From an uncultured virus (IMG/VR IMGVR_UViG_3300025684_000756) (lineage: Duplodnaviria > Heunggongvirae > Uroviricota > Caudoviricetes), in IMG/VR virus record IMGVR_UViG_3300025684_000756: a stretch of 64,000 nt of DNA; one strand, given 5' to 3'. A program made the position numbers and the translations under genes. The notes under the pieces were generated by a model. That model saw only the letters and a program-made list of their open reading frames with translations, was not told where the DNA came from and did not search any database. Shown piece by piece: positions 19,520 to 28,744 of the stretch. Position 1 is the stretch's first letter. Each line of letters starts with the position of its first letter.

Positions 19520-19650
19520 GTTTTATATGCTTAACACTTTCTATTTGACAATAGTTATAGGAATGGTGTTAGGGTTTTATATTTTCTTGGGTTCATACTT
19601 CTTGATTATTACAATAATGTGTGTTCCTTTCTGGATTGCTGGAGAATTAT

Positions 19651-20385
19651 ATGGGCAAGAAAAATCTAATTTGGAACCTACAAGAAGAGATTAATTACAA
19701 TCAAGATTTTTTTATTCCACTTGACTTAAAGTTAGATCCAGAAGAGAAGAATAACTTTGCAATGCATTTTGCAAAAGAGTATCTACCTGGAATGAGCAAG
19801 ATGACAAACTTGTCTGTTGCTGATGGTAATGTAAAGGAATTTTTCCCAAACTCATATAAACAAGCCAACGACTTGCTAAGGCCATTAGGTTTATGTGCTA
19901 GAGCTATGACTTTATTTGTTTCTCCTCCTACTCCTGATATAGAACAATGTAGAAACGTACATATAGACTCTACTAAAACAAGAGAAGGAGATGTATTTCC
20001 TTTAGAAGCAAGACTTAGTTATTACGAAATGGCAGAGGTACCAGGGATTATAAGATGGTATCCTTCAAACAAAGATGAGGTTGAGTATGTTAAACTTCCT
20101 CAAGCTGATAGTGCTATATTTGAAGGAAAGAATAGTAGAATATATGCAACAGAATGGATAACCGCATTAAGACAAGGCAGACTTTCTTGGGAGGATGCAC
20201 CAGACTACATACACTCTACAACTACTTCTGTACCTAGTGCATTACTAAGAACTAACCTACCTCATCATGTTATACAAGGTCCAGGTGTTAGAATAACAGT
20301 TTCATGTCAAATACAATGGATACATTCAAAGAGTCCCGTAGGTACATGGCAACACATACGGGATAAGTATCTATATGAACAATAA
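19651..20385 (+). CDS. 2OG-Fe(II)/cupin-like protein
   Basis: HID...PHHV...RITVS; SD GGAG before ATG 19651. Confidence 0.55.
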   Translation: MGKKNLIWNLQEEINYNQDFFIPLDLKLDPEEKNNFAMHFAKEYLPGMSKMTNLSVADGNVKEFFPNSYKQANDLLRPLGLCARAMTLFVSPPTPDIEQCRNVHIDSTKTREGDVFPLEARLSYYEMAEVPGIIRWYPSNKDEVEYVKLPQADSAIFEGKNSRIYATEWITALRQGRLSWEDAPDYIHSTTTSVPSALLRTNLPHHVIQGPGVRITVSCQIQWIHSKSPVGTWQHIRDKYLYEQ

Positions 20386-20551
20386 AAAACAAAGAGAATT
20401 ATCTATGGATTACTGTAACAACTGCGGTCGGGGTAGCCACTGTGGTGCGCCAGTAATGGAAGACTTTAGACGACAGCCATATAATCATGGTATCGAAGGA
20501 CAAATATGTGTTTGTAAGTACTGTATGTGCGGAAGATGTGCAACTAAGTAA
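20375..20551 (+). CDS. Unannotated Cys-rich microprotein (58 aa)
   Basis: CNNC..HC...CVCKYCMCGRC; TAAGTA 5 nt upstream. Confidence 0.6.
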   Translation: MNNKKQRELSMDYCNNCGRGSHCGAPVMEDFRRQPYNHGIEGQICVCKYCMCGRCATK

Positions 20552-20584
20552 ATTACAAGAAGGTATTAACCACTTACATTTGAC

Positions 20585-20590
20585 TAAATA
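20585..20590 (+). promoter_or_regulatory. T4-type late promoter
   Basis: TAAATA upstream of 20630-26780 block. Confidence 0.55.
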
Positions 20591-20629
20591 TAATGAAAGT
20601 AGTTACTTAAATAGACGAGGAATAAAACT

Positions 20630-21577
20630 ATGAAATTTAGAGATATTGTACATGAAGACGGAGAGGGTGGCGGTGGCGCCGCTAGTACTTCTACTGTTTC
20701 TGCTGATGTTGGTGGACTTGCTTATCCTTTATTTGTTAAAGGTAAAACCCGCAGACAAAAAAGAAAAAATGCAAAAAAAGCAGTAGGACAAAAGAATTAC
20801 GGTGGACCTAGTTATATAGGTAAAGGCGTATATGAATCCGAAGGTGCAGATCTAATTGAAGCCGAAATTAATGAAATATTTGGTCTAGGCCAAAAGAAAA
20901 ATCCAGCTGTTAAGCAAAGTAGTGTATATAGAGTACTACAACAAATTTCTACAAACACAGATCCTTCGCCAAAAGATATTAAACTAGATGACGGACAGAT
21001 TATTGCTGTTACTCCAGATCAAGCAACAAGAATTGTTAACGCCGCAACATTACAAGGTAGATCTGGTGGATGGGAAAAACAATTAGGCGACTGGGAAATT
21101 TTTAAAAAAGTTGTTCAGTTTGCTAACGTACCTTTAGCCAAACTTCGTAAAAGTACACCAGGAAAACATTGGACAGAAGAGAGTGCAAAATTAGGTGAAG
21201 CTAACATAGTTGACCATGATGGTGTTATTTACAAAATGGATAGACAAGATCCAATGAACAAAACCGAAGTAGCAGTATTAGGTGGAGCAGGACGTTATAC
21301 ATTAGAAGGGCTAAGAGAGAAAGCAAGAACCGAAGCACAAGCACTAGCAAATGATCTCAAAGAAGGTGGAGCAAGTGGAATGACATTTCTTATGGCCAAA
21401 CAAAATATCTATCAATTATCCAATACTATAGAAACTATTGTATCAGCATACAACCAACTAGAACGTATTAGACGTAAAGGCGGAAGAGGATCAAGAGGAA
21501 TTACAAGAGAACATATCGAACCAGTACAAATTGGTATTAAAGTTTTAACTGAAGCAAAGGAAAAGTTTAAGCTATGA
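20630..21577 (+). CDS. Probable internal head (protease-processed) protein
   Basis: MKFRDIVHE-D; internal VYE-S, INE-I, LGE-A, LTE-A. Confidence 0.55.
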   Translation: MKFRDIVHEDGEGGGGAASTSTVSADVGGLAYPLFVKGKTRRQKRKNAKKAVGQKNYGGPSYIGKGVYESEGADLIEAEINEIFGLGQKKNPAVKQSSVYRVLQQISTNTDPSPKDIKLDDGQIIAVTPDQATRIVNAATLQGRSGGWEKQLGDWEIFKKVVQFANVPLAKLRKSTPGKHWTEESAKLGEANIVDHDGVIYKMDRQDPMNKTEVAVLGGAGRYTLEGLREKARTEAQALANDLKEGGASGMTFLMAKQNIYQLSNTIETIVSAYNQLERIRRKGGRGSRGITREHIEPVQIGIKVLTEAKEKFKL

Positions 21578-22275
21578 TACAGATAAGACTCATGCATGAA
21601 GGCAAATTAATTAAAAAGATCTCTAGCAGAGTCAGTGAATCTGTTGTGCTTCAACACTTAGATAATTTTGTAGGGGATTATGATGAAATTCATTATTACG
21701 GAAACGTGACAGAAGACTTTAAAGATACAATGAAAAAAGTAGGTAAGAAGATTGTTCCTGCCGCAATGGCGGCTGGTATTGCAATGGGTGCCGCAGATAA
21801 TGCAGGAGCACAGACATTTGATTTGGATCAAAATATTGGTTCACTTATTGGACAGGTATTCTCACCAAACTATCAACAATTAAAAAGAGAACGTGATGCT
21901 AATAGACGTGTTGAAAGAAGAGCATGGGAAGCAAAACGTAGAGAGCTTGACAGAGCAAGAGTTAGAGCCGCAAGAGAAGCTGGTAAGAGAGAAGCTGAAA
22001 GAATATATGGTGCACCTTCGTCAAATAAAAAGAGTGCTGTAGTTTATGATCAGGCCCGTCTTTCAAAAAGCGGAAGAACTATGTACTTGTATAAACCAAA
22101 TGGACAAGTACTTGCAATTAAAACAAAAGACTTGGAATGGATTGCAGGAGACTCTAAGAGAATGGGACATTACCTTAGTCCTACAGGAAAAGTATACTAT
22201 GTTAAGAATGGTGTTCCGTTACCAGAAGGAAGAGGAAGAGCTACACATAAAAAAATAAAGGACTTAGTCAAATGA
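21574..22275 (+). CDS. Probable internal head protein
   Basis: MIQIRLMHE-G; VTE-D; LPE-G. Confidence 0.5.
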   Translation: MIQIRLMHEGKLIKKISSRVSESVVLQHLDNFVGDYDEIHYYGNVTEDFKDTMKKVGKKIVPAAMAAGIAMGAADNAGAQTFDLDQNIGSLIGQVFSPNYQQLKRERDANRRVERRAWEAKRRELDRARVRAAREAGKREAERIYGAPSSNKKSAVVYDQARLSKSGRTMYLYKPNGQVLAIKTKDLEWIAGDSKRMGHYLSPTGKVYYVKNGVPLPEGRGRATHKKIKDLVK

Positions 22276-22631
22276 AAAATATGAGACAATTAATTAATGC
22301 CGTTATGGTTACAGAAGGCACATGGGCTTTACCAACTGCTGATGATCAAGTAGCTGATGCAAACAGAATGGGACAAATGGAATTACCTCTAGACGAAGAT
22401 AGTGTTGATGATGATAAGACTGATCAATTAAACAACCTCTTCATGTCAGTAGATGCATTAAAGCAAGAAGTTGAAGAACTAGCAAGACTAGATACTCAGG
22501 AAGGTGCTTCAGGTGTTGGAGACTTGCATGATCAGATTACTACAATGTACAATCTATTAGATAAATTTGATGATGTAATTGACAGGTCAACTAATATTGT
22601 ACCAACAGGATTAAGACAAGGAAAGTATTAA
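22272..22631 (+). CDS. Probable internal head protein
   Basis: MRQLINAVMVTE-G; LDE-D. Confidence 0.5.
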   Translation: MKNMRQLINAVMVTEGTWALPTADDQVADANRMGQMELPLDEDSVDDDKTDQLNNLFMSVDALKQEVEELARLDTQEGASGVGDLHDQITTMYNLLDKFDDVIDRSTNIVPTGLRQGKY

Positions 22632-22633
22632 TT

Positions 22634-25273
22634 ATGGACATGCGTAAACTTATTAATATTGTCGAAGCTGATCCAGCAGTAGGAACTATACCTGCTTCTG
22701 GTGCTACTCCAGTAACGGCTAGTGTTAAGCCTACGCCACCAGCCAAAGGTTCCGCCGTTCGCAAACAAGAAAAAGATGCCGCACAAGATCAATCAGCTTT
22801 ACCAGGTGGTAAAGAAGATCCAAATGCAGTTGAACTTGATAAAGATAACGGATTAGATAAAGGTACACTTGATGCTATTGAAAAAGCAGGTGTTACCATT
22901 AATGTAAAAGAAGCAGATATTAATTCACGTGATGACGATATTTTAAAAGATATACTTGCAAATAATCAAGAGGCGTGGAATAATTTTAAAGAAGGAAATG
23001 ACATTACAGATAATGATGATTTCTATCAACAATTAGTTAGTCACTTTATTAGTACAGATCAACTTTCACAAGATGATGTTGATAAAGGGGTTGCTGTTGA
23101 ACGTATTACAGGATGGCTAGACACACTAGCTAACAACGTGGAGGTTGTAGAAATGGACGACAACGATTTTGAAAAGTACGGTGACGAAGCCGATAGAGAT
23201 GAAAAGGCATCTGATGGTGATCGTAAAAATGCTGATAAGAATATTATCATGCAGATACGAAGAGCCGCAGATGGACAAAGACCTACAAAAATATTTGTAA
23301 ATGATGGTGAGATTATATTAGACCCAGCAACTGCTAAGAAAGTAAACTATGCATTTGATAATATTCGCCCACAAGCAAAAGGTCAATTTCAAGGTATGAT
23401 ACAAACCAAAGCAGGCCTAACTGATGTGATTAAGATGGTTGACGGCAAAACAATTCCAGAGGCTACCTCCACAGCCGAATCTAGAATGGGATATAGAGAT
23501 GCTGATAAAACAGGAAAAGGAAGTGAAATTGATAATGCGTTAAGACGTATGGTTCATGACATGGGAAAAGATATTAGAGACATTGAGCCAGGCACATTAG
23601 ATCAAATGAGATATAAAATTGCAAAACAAATGGGTCTTGCAGAAAATGAAGGAACCAGCACACGAAGGCAACCATTTAACGAAGGAACTATGACTAATGA
23701 CGTTGATTCAGATGCATTTACAGACTTTCTTAAAACAAAACATTTAGCAGTTGGCCCAGATCCGTTTGCAAATGCCGACGGCGAAGACTATGGCGAAGAA
23801 GAAATGGTAGCAATTATGAAGCAAGGTGCAGAAGATAAAGTTGGTGCATTCTTCTTTGATGATGAATTATGGGACGACCTGCATGTATTAAGAACAGAGC
23901 AAGGTGCAGATGCAAATGCTATGCCATTAATTTTAAACAGAGCTAAAGAGTTATTTGTTGATGAATCAGTTCAAGAAGAAGTTGCTCCTCGTACTGCAAA
24001 AGATATTGCACAAGAGATTAGACAAAAAGAATTAGAACTACAGAAGCTATACAAAACAGCAACTATGAAGGATTTAGAAGGTGCTAAAGACTTAATGAAT
24101 AGAACTAAATCATTAGACCGTATTAAGATTGGTGAGAGCTACGAAGGTGCTACAGCAGAAGAAGTAGCTGATGCAATTAAGCAACGTATGTTTGTTAATG
24201 GTATGATAGAGAAAGCACTTGAAAAAGGACAAGATCCTCAGACAATTATGTTAGCAATCGAAGATGTTGCACAATTTCACGAAGGTGCAGAAGAGCTAGG
24301 TTCAAGTGATATTAGCATTATGTGTAAAGAAGTTATGCAACAATTAGGCGGAATGGACGAAGCATATATTGATGATAATCAAATGGATTCAATTTACGAA
24401 GCCGCAGATATTAAACCAAAGTTAACATACGAAGACATTACTAGAGAATTAGAAGAAGGCCAAGTAGTTGATAAAGATATGGCATATGAAATTATGATGA
24501 TAGGCGATAACGACGCACAATTATATCAACAACAATACCTTCCAATCATTAAAAACTTAATGAGAAAACGTGATAAAGGCATTTACGAACCTGAAAAGGC
24601 TGTTAAGTTATGGCGTTATTGGGTTGACAATGTTGTTAAGAAACATGCCAAGGATCTTGGAATTGTATCGTCTAGACAAGTTAGCGGAGCCACTCGTAAT
24701 GAGGTTGCTAAAGAAAAAGAAGAACAAGAACGTATGGAAATGGATTTAGGTAATTGGGACAATAACAAGTCAGCTGGAACTGCTAAAGAATCAGTTGAAC
24801 AAGTTAACGAAGCAGAAATGTATAAGTCATTAGAAGATGTATATCCAGCAGGTCCTACAGAAATTTGGTATTGGAAGTCAGACAATGGTAGAGATTTTAT
24901 GATGGGAATGAAATGGTTATCTGAACGTGGTGTAGAAGTTACTAAAGCCACATTACAAGATACACATGTAAAGATTGGTACTATTGCAGAAACTAATCCA
25001 GAAAAAGTTTATAGTATGATGCAAGGCGAAAACTGGTCACCAGAAGGTGAAGCAAGAGAGCTTATTAGTAAGTCCGGGTCTGGACATACTAGTATGAGTG
25101 TTGGAGATGTTCTCGTTATTGGAGGCAAACTACAAATGGTAGATAGATTTGGATTTGTTAATCCAGAAGATAAGAAAGAAGTTTCCATGGCAGAGAGTAC
25201 ACTTTACTCACCAGAAAAAACAGCCGCACTAATAACAGATAAGATCTTTGAGGAGACTAAAAATGCAAAATAA
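22634..25273 (+). CDS. Large acidic multidomain (polyvalent) protein with C-terminal YodL-like domain
   Basis: MRKLINIVE-A; many hydrophobic-x-E junctions; HTSMSVGDVLV...VDRFGF. Confidence 0.6.
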   Translation: MDMRKLINIVEADPAVGTIPASGATPVTASVKPTPPAKGSAVRKQEKDAAQDQSALPGGKEDPNAVELDKDNGLDKGTLDAIEKAGVTINVKEADINSRDDDILKDILANNQEAWNNFKEGNDITDNDDFYQQLVSHFISTDQLSQDDVDKGVAVERITGWLDTLANNVEVVEMDDNDFEKYGDEADRDEKASDGDRKNADKNIIMQIRRAADGQRPTKIFVNDGEIILDPATAKKVNYAFDNIRPQAKGQFQGMIQTKAGLTDVIKMVDGKTIPEATSTAESRMGYRDADKTGKGSEIDNALRRMVHDMGKDIRDIEPGTLDQMRYKIAKQMGLAENEGTSTRRQPFNEGTMTNDVDSDAFTDFLKTKHLAVGPDPFANADGEDYGEEEMVAIMKQGAEDKVGAFFFDDELWDDLHVLRTEQGADANAMPLILNRAKELFVDESVQEEVAPRTAKDIAQEIRQKELELQKLYKTATMKDLEGAKDLMNRTKSLDRIKIGESYEGATAEEVADAIKQRMFVNGMIEKALEKGQDPQTIMLAIEDVAQFHEGAEELGSSDISIMCKEVMQQLGGMDEAYIDDNQMDSIYEAADIKPKLTYEDITRELEEGQVVDKDMAYEIMMIGDNDAQLYQQQYLPIIKNLMRKRDKGIYEPEKAVKLWRYWVDNVVKKHAKDLGIVSSRQVSGATRNEVAKEKEEQERMEMDLGNWDNNKSAGTAKESVEQVNEAEMYKSLEDVYPAGPTEIWYWKSDNGRDFMMGMKWLSERGVEVTKATLQDTHVKIGTIAETNPEKVYSMMQGENWSPEGEARELISKSGSGHTSMSVGDVLVIGGKLQMVDRFGFVNPEDKKEVSMAESTLYSPEKTAALITDKIFEETKNAK

Positions 25274-26780
25274 AGAATTTAATAAAATGTATGCTAAAAT
25301 AAGAGATCTTAATGATTCTGATATTTTAGATGAAGGAGCCTGGTCAGATCTGTGGCATGGTACCAGACAGGAAAAGAAATCAGACCAAGCAACAAAAGAT
25401 GCTTATGATGCATATAGATTAGAAAAGATTACTAAGAAGTTTGAGAAAGACGGTTTATCTCCTGAAGATGCTCGCAAGTATGCATACCGTAAAGTGTACG
25501 GTGCTCCGGTAGAAGAAGCAGAAGCAGATTCAATTGACTTCGCAAAAAAGAAGCAATTGAAACTACCAGATAATTTTTTTAGAAATATTGCGATGATGGA
25601 TAATCCCCATGCAGAAATAGAAAGATTACTAAATGATCCAAGCAGTCAAGGTGAAGTAGTTAGAAATTATTATACTTCTTATTCACAAGAATATGAGTTA
25701 GATCCTGTAAAAGATAAAGAAGAAATTATTGATTATCTTGTCCAAAATTTTGGAGATACAACAGTTGAAGATACACAAGACGAAGCAGAACAGATTAATA
25801 ATGAGTTAGATAGAATTCTAAAACTTTCTGGACTGTCTGAAGCTACAAGTCCGCCTGAAGTAATTAATCCTACTAAAGATAGTTCGCCAGCAGATCTCAA
25901 AGCCGCAATCAAGTATGCAAAATACATGAAGGCAAAGATGGATACTGACAAAGCAACAGCAACATATGATAAAGAAATTGATCAATTAGAAGGTTGGTTA
26001 AAATCTAAGTCAACAATGAAAACAGAAGGCAAGATGTCAGATGTGCACCAAGACGCACAAGAAAATGACAAAGCAGATTTTATTGCAATGCACAAAGGTC
26101 ATATGTCAGCAGAAGAAGCTGGCAAGATGTGGGACGAAGTACAAAAACAAATGAACGAAGATTTTGATAGCAGTCATCCTGACTTTCCTAAAGCACAGGC
26201 TTTCACTAGTGAAAAAGATGCTGTAAAAGATATAATTGCAAAGCATCCAGAAGCCGCAAAGACACTTCAGCAATCCGGTGATGTATTTTCTATATACGAT
26301 ACAGACTTATATATGGATTTGTTTGATCACTTCTCAGAAGATATGCCTTATGGAACACAAAAAGGTAGAGACGGTGATCCAGTAGAGTGGATCAATGATG
26401 AATTAGATACAATGGGAATACTTGAAAGTATTGTTGCTTATAAAGTTGAAGAAGGTACACAGAAACCTTATGTCTCATTAACTAAAGGTATTTGGACTGT
26501 TACTGATGGTAATGGAAATGATGTTAATGGCTTTGATAATAAAGAAGAAGCCTTTCTATATCTCGAAAAACATTATGATGAGTTATTAGATCCTCAACCA
26601 ATTAGATTAAAACGTACACAATCTGATATTGACTATATGAAGCAGATGGATAACTCACACGCATTAATATACGGAGAGAGCAGAAACACTTACTTCCATA
26701 GAGGAGATAAGGAATTTAAAGTTATCCCTGAAGGTTATAAGAAAACTAAAAACGGAACAATTACTAAAGTATTGAAATAA
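25263..26780 (+). CDS. Acidic multidomain probable internal head protein
   Basis: LDE-G, VEE-A, LSE-A, MNE-D, VEE-G junctions; ELDRILKLSGL. Confidence 0.55.
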   Translation: MQNKEFNKMYAKIRDLNDSDILDEGAWSDLWHGTRQEKKSDQATKDAYDAYRLEKITKKFEKDGLSPEDARKYAYRKVYGAPVEEAEADSIDFAKKKQLKLPDNFFRNIAMMDNPHAEIERLLNDPSSQGEVVRNYYTSYSQEYELDPVKDKEEIIDYLVQNFGDTTVEDTQDEAEQINNELDRILKLSGLSEATSPPEVINPTKDSSPADLKAAIKYAKYMKAKMDTDKATATYDKEIDQLEGWLKSKSTMKTEGKMSDVHQDAQENDKADFIAMHKGHMSAEEAGKMWDEVQKQMNEDFDSSHPDFPKAQAFTSEKDAVKDIIAKHPEAAKTLQQSGDVFSIYDTDLYMDLFDHFSEDMPYGTQKGRDGDPVEWINDELDTMGILESIVAYKVEEGTQKPYVSLTKGIWTVTDGNGNDVNGFDNKEEAFLYLEKHYDELLDPQPIRLKRTQSDIDYMKQMDNSHALIYGESRNTYFHRGDKEFKVIPEGYKKTKNGTITKVLK

Positions 26781-26792
26781 GGATCTAAGTAT

Positions 26793-28112
26793 ATGGCATT
26801 TTGCAGGTTACCCTGGCAGGGATTAATGATCACTCCACTTGGCGACTTTAGACTCTGTGCATTAACTAACGGGTTAGATTACAATCAGGGCATGTCGACA
26901 GATGAAGATGGCAAGCTCATGAACATAATGACTCATTCCCCAAATGAAGGTTTAAACGGAAAGTGGCATCGTGAAGTAAGAAAGAACGATGTGCAATCTG
27001 ATGGCTCTTGGCATGACATATGTAGTTGTTGCAGAGATAGAGAAATTGCTACTGGTAGTGACATTAAACACATTGCCGCTAGTAGAAGACAAAGTATGGA
27101 ACGTAGAAATCCTAGCACACATATTGTTGATGGTAGCACTTATAAAGACGTTAAAATGGACAAAGACGGATATGTAGATTGGATGCCTACTACACTAGAT
27201 ATTAGATTTGGTAACCTGTGTAATATGGCTTGTGTACAATGTGGACCTAACTATAGTAACAAATGGTATGAGGACTGGGTAGGCTTTTATGGAGAAAATG
27301 CTCCATGGGGTTTTGGACGTAGCAGACAACGTTTATCTAGAAACGAGCATAATAAACTTGTTAACAAACAAGAAGTAAAATGGTGGGAGACACAAACATG
27401 GTGGGACAAATTTGACCAGATGCTTCCTAACTTAGAACACATTTACCTCACAGGAGGCGAACCTATGATTGTTCCTGCACATGATGAGATGCTTGATCGT
27501 ATTATTGCTTCAGGTCGTGCTAAAGATGTTTACTTAGACTACGACACTAACCTAAGTGTTATTAATACTAAGTTAGCAAAACGTTGGGACCACTTCAAGC
27601 ATGTAGAGATTGCTGGTAGTATTGATGCAAGTGAAGACAATTATGAGTTTGTAAGACATGGTGGTAAGTGGGAAAAGTTTGATGAAAACGTTACCCGTAT
27701 TAAAGAATTTGAGAAGAACGGAGTTGTCAAACTTTATAGACTTACTGCTTGTATGCAACCTACAACAATATTTTCTATATTACAAACTGAACAATATTGT
27801 ATGAACAAAGGTATTCCGTTTCAAATAAGATTTGTAGATAGTCCTAAGATGCATAGTATAATGAGCTTACCTCGTTCAGCTAAAGAAGAAATTATAGAGA
27901 TATATAGTAAAGTAGATACTATTACATCGAGACTTGTAGTTGAATGGACTACTGATCACTTAGATGAGAAATACGAAAGTCCAGAAGATGTTAAACGTTA
28001 TGTAAGAATTATGAATTATCTAGATACATCTCGTGGTACAGACTGGAAAGTACAGACAAAAGGTACATGGGAAATGCTAAGTAAGCATTGTAACTTAGGA
28101 GAATTAAAATAA
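26793..28112 (+). CDS. Radical SAM protein with N-terminal twitch/SPASM domain
   Basis: FCRLPW...C...CSCC; GNLCNMACVQC; TGGEP; DTN. Confidence 0.88.
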   Translation: MAFCRLPWQGLMITPLGDFRLCALTNGLDYNQGMSTDEDGKLMNIMTHSPNEGLNGKWHREVRKNDVQSDGSWHDICSCCRDREIATGSDIKHIAASRRQSMERRNPSTHIVDGSTYKDVKMDKDGYVDWMPTTLDIRFGNLCNMACVQCGPNYSNKWYEDWVGFYGENAPWGFGRSRQRLSRNEHNKLVNKQEVKWWETQTWWDKFDQMLPNLEHIYLTGGEPMIVPAHDEMLDRIIASGRAKDVYLDYDTNLSVINTKLAKRWDHFKHVEIAGSIDASEDNYEFVRHGGKWEKFDENVTRIKEFEKNGVVKLYRLTACMQPTTIFSILQTEQYCMNKGIPFQIRFVDSPKMHSIMSLPRSAKEEIIEIYSKVDTITSRLVVEWTTDHLDEKYESPEDVKRYVRIMNYLDTSRGTDWKVQTKGTWEMLSKHCNLGELK

Positions 28113-28741
28113 TGGCAGACGCAAAAGATATTGATTTAGCAACATTAAAGAAGTGCTTGCCTAAAGCTAAAGAAGCTAACCTTGCTAAATTTATAGAAGG
28201 TATCAACGAAACATTTGATACATTTGATATGATTAACCCACAACGTCAAGCAATGTTCTTGGCACAGACTGCACACGAGTCAGGAAACTTTAGGTATACA
28301 GAAGAAAATCTTAACTATAGCGGTTCTGCTTTGATGCGTGTATGGCCTAGACATTATCCGACTAAAGAGATTGCCGCAGTCTACAATCGTAATAAAGAAA
28401 TGATTGGTAACAGAAGTTATGGCGGACGTATGGGTAACGGAGATGAAGCAAGTGGCGAAGGATGGAAGTATAGAGGTAGAGGTATTATTCAGTTAACTGG
28501 TAAAAATAATTATCGTGCTTGTGGTAAAGAACTAGGTATTGATTTATTAGAAAATCCAGAAATGGCCAAAGATAATCCAGTTGCAGTTTTAAGTGCTGGC
28601 TGGTTTTGGGAAACTCGTGGACTTAATAAATGGTGTGATAAAGGTGACGTTAAGAAAGTAACTAGACTTATTAACGGAGGCGACAACGGACTTAAGGATA
28701 GAGAACAGCATTATAATCATATACTACACGTCTTATCTTAG
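28112..28741 (+). CDS. Glycoside hydrolase family 19 endolysin
   Basis: FLAQTAHESG, ENLNYS, YRGRGIIQLTGKNNY, INGG.NGL.DR. Confidence 0.92.
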   Translation: MADAKDIDLATLKKCLPKAKEANLAKFIEGINETFDTFDMINPQRQAMFLAQTAHESGNFRYTEENLNYSGSALMRVWPRHYPTKEIAAVYNRNKEMIGNRSYGGRMGNGDEASGEGWKYRGRGIIQLTGKNNYRACGKELGIDLLENPEMAKDNPVAVLSAGWFWETRGLNKWCDKGDVKKVTRLINGGDNGLKDREQHYNHILHVLS

Positions 28742-28744
28742 TCT

